In this document: one piece after another, positions 1 through 14,900 of the stretch | Numbering within the stretch: position 1 is the first letter of the stretch | How the letters are laid out: every line of letters begins with the position of its first letter | Assembly: GCF_964355755.1 (NCBI RefSeq) | Contig: NC_092675.1 | Location: forward strand, 243,812-307,811 | Length of the DNA stretch: 64,000 nucleotides | Direction: 5' to 3' | Source: Antedon mediterranea | Taxonomy: Eukaryota > Animalia > Echinodermata | The notes under the pieces: model-generated | Database searches by the model: none | What the model was told of the DNA's origin: nothing | What the model saw: the letters and a program-made list of their open reading frames with translations, nothing else | Position numbers and translations under genes: made by a program

Positions 1-316
1 GTAAGCCGGACTGCTATTGTATACCTTCATTATTATTATTAGTTTTTTTTTTTAACCCTTTTTAACTGGTGGTCACGACTTAAAGTTGTCCGCAACTTAT
101 TTTGACCTCCATCCGCACATTTTTGATTTTTTTTGGTTTATTGTAATTTTCTTATTTGCAATTTGTAATTTTTATCTTTTATTTTAAAATGTGTGGAGAA
201 ACTAATAAAACAAACAAAGAACTGGTACTATATAGAGTAATTTCCATACAGTTTTTTTTTTTTTAATTACCCTGGTTCATATTACTCTTATTTATAAGTA
301 ACCTGAAACATCTTAC

Positions 317-2923
317 CTTCACTACTTTAAGTTTCCTTGTAAGATAAGATGTTTTGGAAGTTTCCTTCAAGAAAGAAACATTTAACTCTCCATATTTGTT
401 TACGTTTTCTGGCCAGTATTGTGTGCATTTATTCTACAAATAAAATTATAAAAACTGACAATTATAAACACAAAAATTGAAATGTATGTCATTTCTATAT
501 TTCAGTAAAAAAGCATTTACTGTATTTAAAATCACATTCTGAATGTGGTAACAAATATAATAGTTTTTTTTTACTTTTTAAGATAATATATAAGTAATAT
601 ATCATAAAACCTTGAAAAGAAGCCTATCTCAAAAAGAAGTGCCCTTTTTAGTTTGCATAAGAAATCTCGAAAAGAAGGCCATCTCGAAAATGTATTTGTG
701 TTTTGAGGCCTATTTAAGAGTCCTATAACCCATGGGCTTCAATTCCCGTGTTACGGTAAACAATATAATTTGTTTGTAATAATCTGCTATTTAAGCAATA
801 GAATTCATGTTCAAGTCTTAGTTGCTGCAGACTTTATTTATTAATTTATTGGTTCTCTCCTTTAAAACAACTCCATTAACAGGAACTCTCTTGAAATGAG
901 ATGTTCACAAACAATATCAATATGCAGGAGAATGCTTAATAGCTTCAATCTAATGACAAGATTTCATTGCAATTGATGCAGTGTAATTTCACTCTTTACT
1001 GATCTAGACAGAAAAAAATAAGTATGCAATAAGGTTAGAATAGTACCTTCCCATCCTCAACTAGGTTTGCTGTCATGATAACAACAGACACATTCTCCTG
1101 CCAAATCATTCTCCAGAAGTCCACAACGGTTGATTTATTTGGTCCTTGTGCCGCAATATATTCATTTTCCTTCACAAAGCCCTATCATTAAATGATTATG
1201 CAAAACACACATTTTTCCAACTAAATATCTATTAATTAATTTAATCTTAATAATGGAGAATGTATAGGCAAAACTGCCCATTTTAGGTACCACCCAAGTA
1301 TTTTTCTTCTCAAAGCTATAGCTTATTTAAAAGCTTATAAAGATATAGATTTAATACACAGCAGGCACATGAGGCCGTGGAAGAACAAACACCGGATGGA
1401 GGAATTAGATTGTTGCACTTATGCAGAAAAGGATGAGCTCAGTCTGAGGAGACCTTTCTCTTTCATGATGATGATGAATACACTCAAACACCCAAAAATG
1501 TTTCATTGAATTGACATACCTTAATAAAGCAAGCATTGATGTAATCAGAATATGGATTGTCATATATCACATCAAGGACAACACGATGCTCATCATCTAA
1601 ATAAGAAATATTTTTATTTTACATTCATAAAAATAATCTATATATAAATTTACGTAAGGACAAAATTCGGTAAATCGCGCGTTATTTCTAGAATGTTTAC
1701 TCGATGGTATATACAGTTGGTTAGAATCTCGGTACTGATTTAAACCACCCGATGTAACCCTGTTTACTAATTAAATTGAGTTAGATAATTAGCTATTGAC
1801 AATTAAAACGAATTTAGCTTGAATGATTTGCCCCTAATAGGGGTGTATTCCGACCGTAGTATACACTGTCTAATGGATGTCCTCTTAAAAAATACCTGCA
1901 CACAATAATACGAGGATGCTTCGCATTTTCCTATCTCCTCCTACGATAATTGTTTTTAATAGCTGAAAACCGGTTGAACAGCTCGAGTACAGTATCATAA
2001 TGTTGAAGACAGGCCGATTTTCTTTAAAAAAAACTATTTTGATAGATTTAATATACGTTTATACAAATGTATTGATTTGCGATGAATGGAACATTCCAAT
2101 CTATCAGACACCCAGTTTGTAGGTAAATTCATGAGCCCTCCATGGTTTAACACAAGTAGGTAAATTTATGGGCCCTTTGAGAATGAACTTAAAACTGAGA
2201 TATAGCATTGCAACACTTTGACAATATTGTAAATACTGTACGTAATAATCATTTTTGGTCGCCATTTGAATCAAAATTTTCTTACTGTAAATGTGGTTAC
2301 TGTTTATTGTATTAATTAGTAATTATAAAAAATATAAACGTCGTAGTGGTGTATCGTTAGATGTACTTTACTATTTTAATCGACTATACAGGCACAGTTT
2401 TGTTTTTTGGACTCATTTTAAGACAAGTTTCTCCTTCGGAAGTAGGCCTAATTCTCAGTGTGCTAATTTTAGCTGACTACATAAATCATCGTGTCTATTT
2501 ATTCGTTTCTGTAAACGACAATGTATTTATAGTCCTGCAGTACGTACATTTGAAATCGCCAGTTATGTTACGCTGAAATGACTGTATATTCGAGAACCAT
2601 CTAGTTATTATAATTCATGATATTTGATTATCATTGTTAAGTTATATGTTGAATTTTTCACATTTTTAGTGTAAAGGCAGTGTTTTATTTCTCAAACAAC
2701 TGACAATCATTGGAATATAACTGTCTAAATACATTTTCTATATGTTCTGCATAATTAATATATTCATCAAGAATCTCACAGGATAAAAATACAGAGGGCT
2801 AGAATTTTCCCAGAGTTGCAAAAACTTACATGGAATAACATTGCGATAACGATTCTTGATTGCATTATTTGATTCCAGACCAACAGACTTACGAGCATCG
2901 GTTTTAATACCTTCAGGAAGAGA
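317..2923 (-). CDS. N-terminal half of classical PTP catalytic domain (4 exons of gene 1)
   Basis: Exons 2923-2830 (KNRYRNVIP), 1596-1520 (DEHRVVL...DYINACFI), 1181-1047 (YIAAQGP...[14 protein letters not shown]), 433-317 (KCTQYWP) follow the standard PTP motif order. Confidence 0.95.
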
Positions 2924-5900
2924 CTAAAAACAAAACCAAATTTTAAAGTTCTGCTAAATTCTTACACAATATCCTATTTTATACCAAACATCCATGACTT
3001 TATATTAAACAGGTCAAACACAATACAAATCAAAATCTATATTGGCAAAAATCCAATAGAAACTGTGCCAGTTATGAATATTATTTTTAGCAAATGCATT
3101 TTGACTGTGACACTTACTTGACTGTGGCAGTCTATAACTTCAGTATGTAGAGTAGGGTAAATTATAATATTAAAAATTAATGTTGGTGTTTCTAAAATAA
3201 ATTCAATGTAATCTGTGCACACATCATTAACATTGGCTCTCATGTGAGCATACATTCATGCTAGTACGTTTTTTTATACAAACTGTGTGACATTTAAATT
3301 ACTTCAGTGATTATTAACTAAAATTAGATTTCTTTCAATAGTTTACCTCCCATTCTTGCGTAAGTTGTTCATTTGCCTTCTTCTCCTCAATATACTCTGC
3401 TAGTTTGTGTATTGGTATCGCAGGTTGTATGAACTCTTGGATTACATATGGATCAGGATCAGGTGTATAGTTGGAATAATCCTCTGTAACAAAAACCATA
3501 AAACACATGATGCAATAATCTATTAGAAGTTTACAAGTTTACCTTATACCATGGTACCCATTGATTTACAACATGATACCTACACTGGGACATCCACCTA
3601 CACTTATCCATTTGCTTCACCACAACATTGTTACATATTTATATGTATACAGTTTACCTTGATTGTTAGTGGCCCCTAGAGCAAGTAGCTCATTATTGGT
3701 CTGCTCAGGTTCCTTGCCAGATCTTAGCCCATTTGGTGCTGACATGGGGATAACTCCTGGTCTCTTTAAGATCTGTCTTTTTGCTCGTCTATGTACAAAA
3801 AGTTTAGTGACAATTAATCTTCCACAATTGTTGGAAACATAGTTTATACAGAGTTACAGTAAGAATTTACTTAGAAATGATGCATTGGTGTACAGATGTA
3901 ATTTCAATGTATGATAAAGTTTAAAAACAAGGAAGATTTGAATTTTTAAAACCAAAGATTTTAATTGAATATTCAACACTTCAATTCAACACTATTTTAT
4001 ATTTTTTAACATGGGTATTGTGGACATGGACATTTCTACACATACAAACATACTTATGTGGTGTTAAGAAATGTATGAGTCAAGAAAATAAATTTTTTAA
4101 AAAGCAGCGTTTCTGTATAATCTAATTAAAGAAATATGTTTTGATGGAATTTACTTACATTTTCCATGCCAGTACAACAGCAAAAACCAAGAGAAGAAGA
4201 ACAGCAATCAGAACAATTACAATTACTGTTGTATCAATACCACCACCACCATCATCATCATCTGTATTTGGAGAATTATCTGTAGCCTCTACAAAATGAA
4301 TTCTTATTTATTTCTACTTCTACTGTAATAAACTACTGTATAAGCTTACTCTGTCAAACAAATAGATATTAAAAATTGAAGGGGGATGGGAGGTACAGAG
4401 AATAATTATAATTAATAGCAATGTGATTTTTTTTAGAAAACGTGTATTTGCATTTAAGGTAATGAGATCCAAAGTTTGGGACCTATTGCTGAGAATAGTA
4501 ACAGTTTTATGATGGGGTATGTAAATATCAAATCTATTTTGTGTGTTCTGATTGTGTATTGAGTGATTACATTTGTCAGGGTAGAAGAGAATTTAAGGAA
4601 GCATAAAGCAACAATCATTGTTGAACAGAGTTAATGTTTGAGGACATTAAGTTTGGCAAAAGGCAAGATGAATGAGAGAGTGCGAGATATTATATATTAT
4701 CCTGATAAGCTTTTTAAAAATAATCTTGTTTGTTTAGGATGGAAATGTAAAGTGATACCCAAAACAATGTTGCAGTTGCTCAGATAAGGAACAATAAAGT
4801 ATAAATAGTATAATTATAAAGAAAATATGAAGACAATCTAAAAATGATACTAAAACTCTTGCAAACTTTACTTTAAATATCAAGAATGTGTTTTTTCCAG
4901 AATAAAGAATGATATAATTAGAAATAAAGTTGATTGTTCTGTTTTTTTTTATGGTTGGGATTGTTAATTTACATTATAAAATAAACACTAATTGTTACAA
5001 AACAAATCCTTTATATTTTAAGACCTAGTATTTTGGATCATGATGAAGGGCTAGTGTTTTCCAAACGCTCTACTAATTTTTCTGGCTGTTTTAATTTATC
5101 ATTTTGATTTAGCTTTTTGCTTTTTTTGTATCTCCATTGAGATCCAGCCACTGATACCCACAGCATTGTCATTTTTTCAGTAATTTGCCTTTGGATTTAT
5201 ATATATATATAAATATTTTGTATATACTGTAATAATTAAACAAAATAAAATAAAAAATGTGTTTTAGCAGCTAGATGTAATGTAAAAGATTACCTTTGAC
5301 AGTAACTGTAAATACGCAGCTGCCCACATTATTAACGGTATCCATAGCAGTACAAGTAACATTAGTTGAACCAATATTAAATGATGAACCAGAAGGTGGA
5401 GTACAAGTAGCTGACAGATCAGTATCAGCATTGTCACTGACTGTGGGGTCATCCCAGGTCACTAGTGTGCCTGTATCTTCTTCAACATATTCAACAGGAC
5501 AGCTTACAGTCGGACTATCATTATCTAAAATAAATATCAGGGCCGTAGCTACCAGTAAGGTAGTGTGTGAAGACACACTATTTATAAATCTCTTTACTAT
5601 TCCCAAATAAAAATATCACTCAAAATGCATTTTAAAAATGTTTTACCATAAATAACATCCCCTTTCAGTCAGGAGGTGCTTGCTTGTTTCCCTCTCCCAA
5701 CTGGACTGTATGAAATGTCTTTGTTTTCTAAATTTTTGTTTCTAATAAACTTACCATTGACAGTAACTTTAAACACACAGATTCCTGTATTACCAGCAGT
5801 ATCCATTGCATTACAAGTAACATCAGTTGAACCAATATTAAATAATGAACCAGAAGGTGGATTACAAGTAGCTGACAGACCAGTATCAACATTGTCAATG

Positions 5901-8900
5901 ACTATAGGATCATCCCAGGTAACAGACGGTTCACCTGTTTCAATGTCTGGGCAGGTCAAAATGGGAACACCAACATCTACAAAAAAGTGAACTCCAGTGG
6001 TTTATAAACCACTTTCATACAATACCTTGTGAAATTATAATCAATCTTTGCCTTGATATAATGTCTCTAAATTTATTAAAACTGGAAGTCTCTTGTTTGC
6101 TACTTTTGATTTTTCTTCAGTTACCCCATTCCACATATAAAACAATTGTTTTTAAATGCCCACTGTTATTTAGAGCTTTTACTGTGCAATAGTATACAAA
6201 TATTGGCTGGGATGAGGGGCATGGTTCATAGTCCGCTTTACTGTAGCTGCACGTTTAAACTGGTTGTTTTATATGTAGGCCTTGCGCACCTAGATCGATT
6301 AAATCCAGAAATGTGCAATCTAGAAAAGGTTATACCCAGACATGGGGATAGAATTTACCATTTTTTATCAACCAATCTAATGCTGTGAATATAAAAATTA
6401 ATAAAGCATATCATGTGATACTAAATTAAACCAATCAGATAGTAAGGATTTTGTTAAAACTTTGGATGCAGTGTTTAATTACTTACCATTGACTGTAACT
6501 GAAAAATCACAACTTCCTGTATTACCAGCAGTATCAGTAGCATAGCAAGTACCAACCCTTGAACCAATATTAAATGATGAACCAGAAAGTGGATTACAAG
6601 TAGCTGATAGATCAGGATCAACATTGTCACTGACTGTGGGGTCATCCCAGGTCACTGTAGCTTGGTTTGATGTTGATATACTCCTAATAATGTTTCCAGG
6701 ACATTCAACATTTGGTCTTTCTTCATCTATAACAACTGTAATATTTCAATAATATGTATTAAAATATAAAGACAATAAAAATATAATAAATAAATAAATT
6801 AAAGAAAAAGGACATAAAAATCAAGCATATTTAAGTAATATCATACAATACTCGAGTAAAATAATGAAATTACTCAAGTAAAATAATGAAATTTTACTGG
6901 ATAATTGAAGGTTCACCCAATTGTGTCATTATGATCTGTATGTACAATTTGAACTATTAGTAGTACAGTAAAAAACAGAGAAATTAGTGTTTCATTAAAC
7001 TTACTATTGACAGAGTCTGTAACTGTGAATGTGCACACTCCAATATTACCAGCAGTTAAAAAAGTCTAAAACATCATAGTTTACAAACAAAACTAACAAG
7101 TTGTACATAGTAAACATGCATACAAGGAGAAGAAGAGAAATACTGTATTTGTTTCATACTTACCATTGACAGTAACTGTAAATACACAGATTCCTGTATT
7201 ACTAGCAGTATCAGTAGCATAGCAAGTAACATCAGTTGAACCAATATTAAATGATGAACCAGAAGATGGAATACAAGCAGCGGATAGATCAGTATCAACA
7301 TTGTCACTCACTGTGGGGTCATTCCAGGTCACTGTAACTTGACTAAAGGTTGATATGCTTCTAGCAATGTTGTCAGGACATTCAACAATGGGTTTTTCTG
7401 CATCTAGAAAAATATCAAAATGTATTTCAAATTATAAAATATGAGTATGCAAAATTAATTAATATTATAATACCTAGTGCTTAATATAAGTTGATTGAAT
7501 GACATTGGGGCAAGATCCATGAAAGATATATTTTAAAGTATTTGTGCCATCTGAAGTTATTCTGTAAAACTACTGTAAAGCACTATTTAATATTTTTGTT
7601 TCAAAATGTGATAATAAAGATTATACTGAATTAACCTCTTCATATCTTCATTAACATTCATTACTGTTTGGAATGACTGCCAACACAGTAAATTAAATAG
7701 ACAACATGATGTTAGAATTTATAATTTGACATTGGCAAGTGCAGTATTTCTTATATATAATTGTAAAAGTACACCGTAACATGCAGTAACAAACATAATT
7801 AGGATAAATTGTACTTGTACAATTAAAATTATTTCAAACTATTTAATGACATACCTAAAATAACATCAAAACTACAGGATCTAGTATTACCATGGCTATC
7901 AGTTGCAGTACATGTTACCATAGTAGAGCCTGGAGGAAATGATGAATCAGATGGTGGAGTACAAATGGCAACAAGGCCAGTGTCAACATCATCAGTTACT
8001 ATTGGTGCATCCCAATCTAAAGTTAGCGGTGATGATGTTTTTAATATTTTATCAGCAGGACAGGTTACAACTGGTACTTTACTTATATGAACTAATAATG
8101 AAAAAAAGCCAAAATAATTATAATAAAAGGCATTGAAAACCATTTATATTATAGAATTTAAATGCTACTGTAAGCATACTCATCAATAATTACTAACTTA
8201 TAGTAATCTAATTCGATCTTTCGCAAATTATGAGCTGTGGCCCAAAATCGAGCCATGAATAATCTTTGGACACAGGACGGCTTGAGAAATTGAAAAACAA
8301 ACAACAAATTATTGTAGTAAGTGCCTTTATTTTACAGCAATACACAGCTTACAAGGGAGCAGTGTCAAGATGATGAATGGTCATATTTATTTGTATATTC
8401 ATCTTCAAATTGAGAAAATTCAGATTAGGTCTTCTACAGACACAATTTTGGTCAATGTGGCCAACACTAACATTTTTGGAAGCTTTAACAGCATAATTTT
8501 TGTGTATATATACATTGCAAAACGTTAATTAAATTAATGAATCAACTGACACTCACATGATGATATGGAAAACAAAATTACATGCATTCCTCGTGTAAAA
8601 TCCATTTTATAATGAATACTGTAAAATCCTAATAACACATCAGTGTTTTTTTAGGACTCTTTGATTGAGTTTTTTTTCCGATATTTTGGGAATCTAAAGA
8701 ACTCGCTTAAAGTCAACATGAAGGTGGTACTGTATGTTAATCCTAACAATGAATCAATGTAAATGTTAATTACCTCCATAAACATCAACTTCACAAACAG
8801 TGATCTCATTATTATTACTTTTGTATAAAGAAACATAACGTCCAATCAAAGATGGATTGCAGTCTACCAAGTGATGACCAGATGTTTGGGAAGGGATAGA

Positions 8901-11900
8901 TCCACAGATGTTAGTGGAAGTCAAGAGTAAACTAGTATCAATATCAACACGGATCTCAATGCCAGTAAGTGTTCCTGGAATTTAAAAAAAGAAAAAACAT
9001 TATCTAAAAAATCCCTTGCAGGTAATTCAAAATGTTAGCTTAATACTTTGATATGGGTGTATGAAAGGATGCTCTACATCCCACTATCTGATTGACATGC
9101 TCAACCTTCTTTATAAAGGAACTGACAAGCCGCGCAAAACAGGACGCTTGGTTATAACAGATTTCGCTAAAGCATTTGATGTTGTTGACCATACAGTTGC
9201 AGCAAGTGATAGTGCCAAATCCTTGATTGTTGATTGGATATGTAACTTTTTCTCTGGAAGGCGCCAAAGAGTCAAGTACCAATCGACTTTGTCAGACTGG
9301 AAAACCTTATCCCGTGGTGTGCCACAAGGTACTAAGCTTGGAGAAATTGTGTTCCGTGCCGCCATCAACGATGCTGTGAAAGAAGCAATCTGTAAAAAGT
9401 GGAAGTTCGTTGATGATCTTTCACTGGGCGAGGTAGTTAACTCTAATGCAACGTCTACACTACAACATGATGTTGATGATTTGGTCGAATGGGCAACCAT
9501 GAACAAATTTCAATTGAACCCATCAAAATGCAAACAACTTAAATTTTGTTTCATGAAGTCGCCACCCTATATGACACCTATCAACATAAATGGCCGTGAA
9601 TTAGAAACAGTTAACTATGCAAAAATACTCGGTGTTTACATCCAGGATGATTTAAAATGTTATGTCCAGGTTGACCATATCCTTAGTAATGGAGGAAGAC
9701 GTCTACACATGCTTAGCCTTTTAAAACAGTTTGGGATTCCTTTTGAAGACCTTGTCCAAGTTTACACCACATATGTTAGACCAATTTTCGAGTATGCAAT
9801 ACCAGTATGGCACTCTAGTCTTACTGTTGCGCAGACAAATGCCATAGAGTCCATGCAAAAACGTGCATGTAAGATAATGTTGGGTAAAGATTACTAAGAC
9901 TACAACACTTCCCTTAAAATTTTGAAAATCAAACGACTAGATGAACGCCGCGAAAATATATGTCGTAAATTTGCTTCAGATTGTATTACGTCTAATAAAT
10001 TTAAAATGGACCTGAAATGGATTTTCGATTTTTTTCATTTTAGAATGATGTTTTGGGGGCTATTAGGTGTTGCTAGAATGTATATTGTTACAAAATATAA
10101 ATTGGCCCTTTTGGGGAAAGCCCCATTTGAAAATCAAAAAAATTCGCGGGTGACGTCACTTTGCGAATATATTCCTATCCCTCCAATGGACAATTTGCAG
10201 TTTTTTGGCTATAACTCTTGAAATCTATGGAGTATTTTCTAAAAAATGCTTGTGCATTTGCAGAAACGTATTTAGAATTTTTTTAGATAAAATTATTACC
10301 GTATAAACGGTTATTCATCGAGTAAATGACGATTTAAAATCTTAAAATCAACGGGTTTTTTCTGGCAATACCGAAGTTGGCCTGGCAACGTTGTCCGGGA
10401 TACAGCTCCGTGCGCAATGATGCGTATCCATATTTTCCGTTCGTCGTGTATTTTGTATCGTTCGTAATTTATACTGCTAAAATGTGATAGTTTCTTTAGT
10501 TTTTAGTTTAGCGGAATTAAATTAGTAATATGAGATGATAATTTATTTGTCACGAATCAGGCAGTTCGAAAACGAATTTTATTCATATTTTACTTTGGCT
10601 TGACAATGAGCGCAGCAAGTTGTTGATATCGCTTTGGTCCTTGGATGCACATGAAACGGAGCCTCGCCGCATGATGTGGGTGGTGGATCGACTCCGCGCA
10701 CTGGATTGGGGGCCTAGCTAGGCCTAGCTAGTAAAGGTTTGGGAGGTAGGCCTTCTAAATTCGGGTTTTAGAACAAACGAAGTACATTTTAGGGACCTAT
10801 ATTTCAACAACATTAGATATTGAATAAATTAGTATTAGTGTCAACGCTTCGCGTATCTTTCCAGGCCGTCGATCATTCACTGACTATCGGGCGGCATACA
10901 CGCTCTCGATATCATCGTGTGTATATGTGACGTCGTGAATATAGAGGCTTCCGACGGCCGTTGAAATAGAATATTGCAATGGCATGAGTAATTTTCGCTA
11001 ATTTACCATGGTATCTTAAAATTTCGTTTTTACTCAAAATACTATATATTTTGTTTTTATTTGTATGGGTTTGTGTTAATTTGATACATTTAAATAACAT
11101 GTGTGAATTTCTTGAAAATCGAAATTCCATTTCAGGTCCATTTTAAGGATTGGTTTATTAGAAACCTTGAGCTTTCTGTTAGACTTAGGAAAAGAAAAGA
11201 ATTTGTTGAGCCCCTATGTAAAACAAACTGATACTATAATAGCCCTATGCTTTATCTTACATGCCTCCTTAATGAGAGACAGACTTTAATTCAGTAAAAC
11301 TAAAGAAATTTTGTGAAGATGTATTTAATAAATTTAACATAATATCTGAATATGTACAAATAAATATAATATTACTGTAAATCACTTTTAATAGGGAGTT
11401 TCCGCAACCTCACGAATACGATAACGAAAACGGATACGTCACACATTTGTGAAACTTTTGAGCTGATCCCCATTTCCTATTCGTAAAGCGTATTCGTGTT
11501 GACGAATATCACCAGTCATATTCGTAACTACAAAACGAGTATAGTTTTTGATCTATTTTGCACATTTTGCATTTGAATCAGGAATGATTCATGATTATAA
11601 TATAATTATACTTTTATTGAAAGTAATTTTTACTAAAGTAATTTACTAAAATGCCAGGTCAATTTTGATAAATAGCAGTTTTTAAAGTCCTCGCTCGCTT
11701 TGATGTTACGCTAGGCCTAGGCAGCCAAGCACCAAGCAACACGTACCTGCGCTTTGCTCAAATTTACCGCAGTCATATTTTGACGGCGCCCTCAATATTT
11801 CGTTGCCATGCGAAACAGATTTTTACTGGCTTACGAAAAAGGAATACGTGTGCGTGACGTATCCGTTTTCGTTATTGTATTCGTAAGATTGCGAAACCTC

Positions 11901-14900
11901 CCTATTAACTCCATAATTTCCACATTTTCTAATTATATCAAATTTCATAATCTTGTAAATAAATTATCAATTTCCTTATTTCCCTTACTTATTTAATTGA
12001 ATTTTTAAATTTGTAGATAAATTTTAGCTAAATTTGCAATATGATTCCACTTTTATTGTTCTTTGATTTGTACGTGTACTTTTTATACTGTTTTATGCCT
12101 GTTTGAAATGTTTTTATATTTGTAAGTATCATGTAATTCAGCCATTTGCGATTTTGATGCAATAAAATGAAATGAAAATATGAAACACTTACTCAAAACT
12201 AATTATTGTGAATTTTAATGGATGGTGAATTGAGATTTCAAAATTAATATTCACATTAAAACTTCAGAGAGAATGGTATTTTTAAGAATTCCTATAATGA
12301 ATCAGAATGACATGAACGGCAAAGGAAAACCTGTTTTTACAGTATTTAGTATTTCCAATATTTTACAATGAAATATGTCGCTTTTTGTCACCAAAGTTTG
12401 ACAACATATGAATGTACATACTGGAACATACATTGGAAATTTCAGAAATCTCAGGTAAAGGTCATATGTATGCTGTATTACAATATGGAACTTGAGCCTT
12501 GTGGATAAGTGGTTGCTGTTGGCATGTTGGAAGTCTGTCAACAGGGTATTGTTTTTGTTTTTAGATAATTGTGCTTAAAGACCTGAAGAACACAGCCTTG
12601 CAACATTAAAACAACAGGGTCATACCATCACAGGATATCTAGATGATATGTTAATAATTGCAAAGACAGAAACAAAGCTTAATCAATCCTTAGAGACAGT
12701 AATCGCTTTATTGTCAAAATTGGGTTTTATTACTATTTGGAAAAAATCAATAACACATCCATGCCACAGAATACAACATTTAGGCTTTATTATTGATTCA
12801 ATAAAGCATGAAGGTTACATTAGTCAAAGAAAAAGAAGACAACATAAACGTTTATGTTTAGATACTCTTAACAAAAAAAGAGGATACCATTAGAGGGGTA
12901 GCAAAAGTCATCGGAAGTGTTGTGGCAAGCTTTCCAGCAGTAAATATGGGGCCTTTGCATTAAAAAGACATTTTTGTAATTACCGAAAGTTGGTTGAAAG
13001 GTGATGCAAGTGACAACCACTTTATTGCGGACGTGAGTAACACCCTCCCAAATTTCGTGGTGTCACATGAGCCACGCCCTACAGGTGGACGCGGAGGTGG
13101 AATATGCATCATTTCGCACCGTGGACTCCAAATAACACCAAATGTTTCAACAAGTTTCCGGTCTTTCGAACATATGGATATCAAGATCACTTCCAATTCA
13201 TCTGTAATTAACTTGATTTCAATTTACAGACCACCACCATCGACCAAAAACAAACTTACCTTTGACTTGTTCATCACTGAATTCTCATCACTTCTTGAAT
13301 CAGTCTCTTGCACCAAAAACCTTCTGATAGTTGGTGATTTCAATATTCACACAGATGACCTCTTGGACAACAACACCAAGCGATTTGATGAACTGCTTTA
13401 CACGAGTTGTCTTCATCAACACGTCCAAGGCCCCACTCACGTTAGCGGGCACACACTGGACCTTCTAATCTCTCGAAAAAACGACAACATAATAAAACAA
13501 ACCACTGTCAAACAAGGACTACCATCCGACCATATGGCTGTCATCAGCTTTGTGGATTTATCACATCCTAAACAACCAACGCGGACAACCTCTTACCGCA
13601 AACTTCGTAACATTGATCTAAATTGTTTTGTGGAAGATATAATGAATTCCCCGCTCGTCTGCGCACCGGAAGATAATGTCTCCGATCTCGCTGACCAATA
13701 CAATAATGTATTGCAGTACATCCTTGACCAACATGCTCCGTTAACAACTAAACTGGTCACCATTAGACCACGGGCACCATGGTACACGAATGAACTCCGT
13801 GAAGCGAAGTGCGTCAAACGGAGATCAGAACGCAGAATGTTGAAATCTGGTTTGGATATCGACAAACAGAGGTACAAGTTGGAATGCAAAGCATATAAAG
13901 ATATGCTAGATCTAGCAAAATGCAATTATCATCGCAATGAAATCGCTAATGCGGATGACAAGAACCTTTTCCGCATCATAAGTAAACTGTACTCGGTCGA
14001 TTCTTCTCCTGTTCTGCCAAAACACACATCTTCAATGGATCTCGCAAACCAGTTTGGCTGTTTCTTTAATGAAAAGATTCTGAAAATTTGCAAGAAACTT
14101 AACTCCATAAACACTCCACTAATAACTGTCAACGTCGACGAGTCATGTAATAGTAGTTTCGCTGAATTTGAGCAAATATCAGAAGATACGGTACGCAAAG
14201 TCATCGCTGAAAGCGCATCTAAGTCCAGTAGACTTGACCCAATTCCAACACGGTTACTAAAAAACTGCATTGACGCTCTACTACCGCATATCACTAAAAT
14301 CGTCAACATGTCGCTGTCATCAGGTACTGTACCATCTGCATTTAAATTGTCCCTCGTTATGCCACTGTTGAAAAAGCAAAATCTCGACTCCAACGTCCTA
14401 CAAAATTATAGACCAATAGCAAATCTTCCCTTCCTTTTCAAAGTCTTGGAAAGAATTGCAACTGCTCAGATAAAAGCATATATGGATGAACATTTCCTGT
14501 TTTCAAAAGTCCAATCAGCCTACCGCCGCTTCCACTCAACTGAAACCGCTTTATTACGTGTTACAAACGATCTACTACTTGCTTTAGACAAAGGTAATGA
14601 AGCGGTACTTATTCTACTCGACTACTCCGCAGCATTTGACACTATCAATCATGATTTATTATTTCAACGTCTTCATAAAAGATACGGCATAAGCGGAACC
14701 GCATTGAAATGGTTTATTTCATATTTTGAGAATCGTAGACAAGCAATCATTGTGGGTGATTCGATGTCTGATGAGTTCGCTCTACCCTGGGGTGTACCAC
14801 AGGGATCCGTAAAAGGTCCACTCGATTTCATCTTATACACTGGACCACTCAGCAACATCATTGATTCCCACCCGGAAGTTCGTCATATGATCTATGCAGA

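Larger units (their letters stand above)
9040..12184 (+). mobile_element. 5'-truncated, decayed CR1/L2-group LINE (RT) interrupted by two MITEs
   Basis: ORF 9061-9897 with [21 protein letters not shown]; frame resumes after the 10005-11142 insert (SNKF|KDWF); AATAAA plus (ATGAA)n tail near 12160-12184. Confidence 0.85.

Noticed and set aside
989-1003. Possible terminal exon (ISKE*) truncating the PTP domain
   Set aside because: Needs a 43-nt intron, and the expected KCxxYWP exon is present in frame at 433-317
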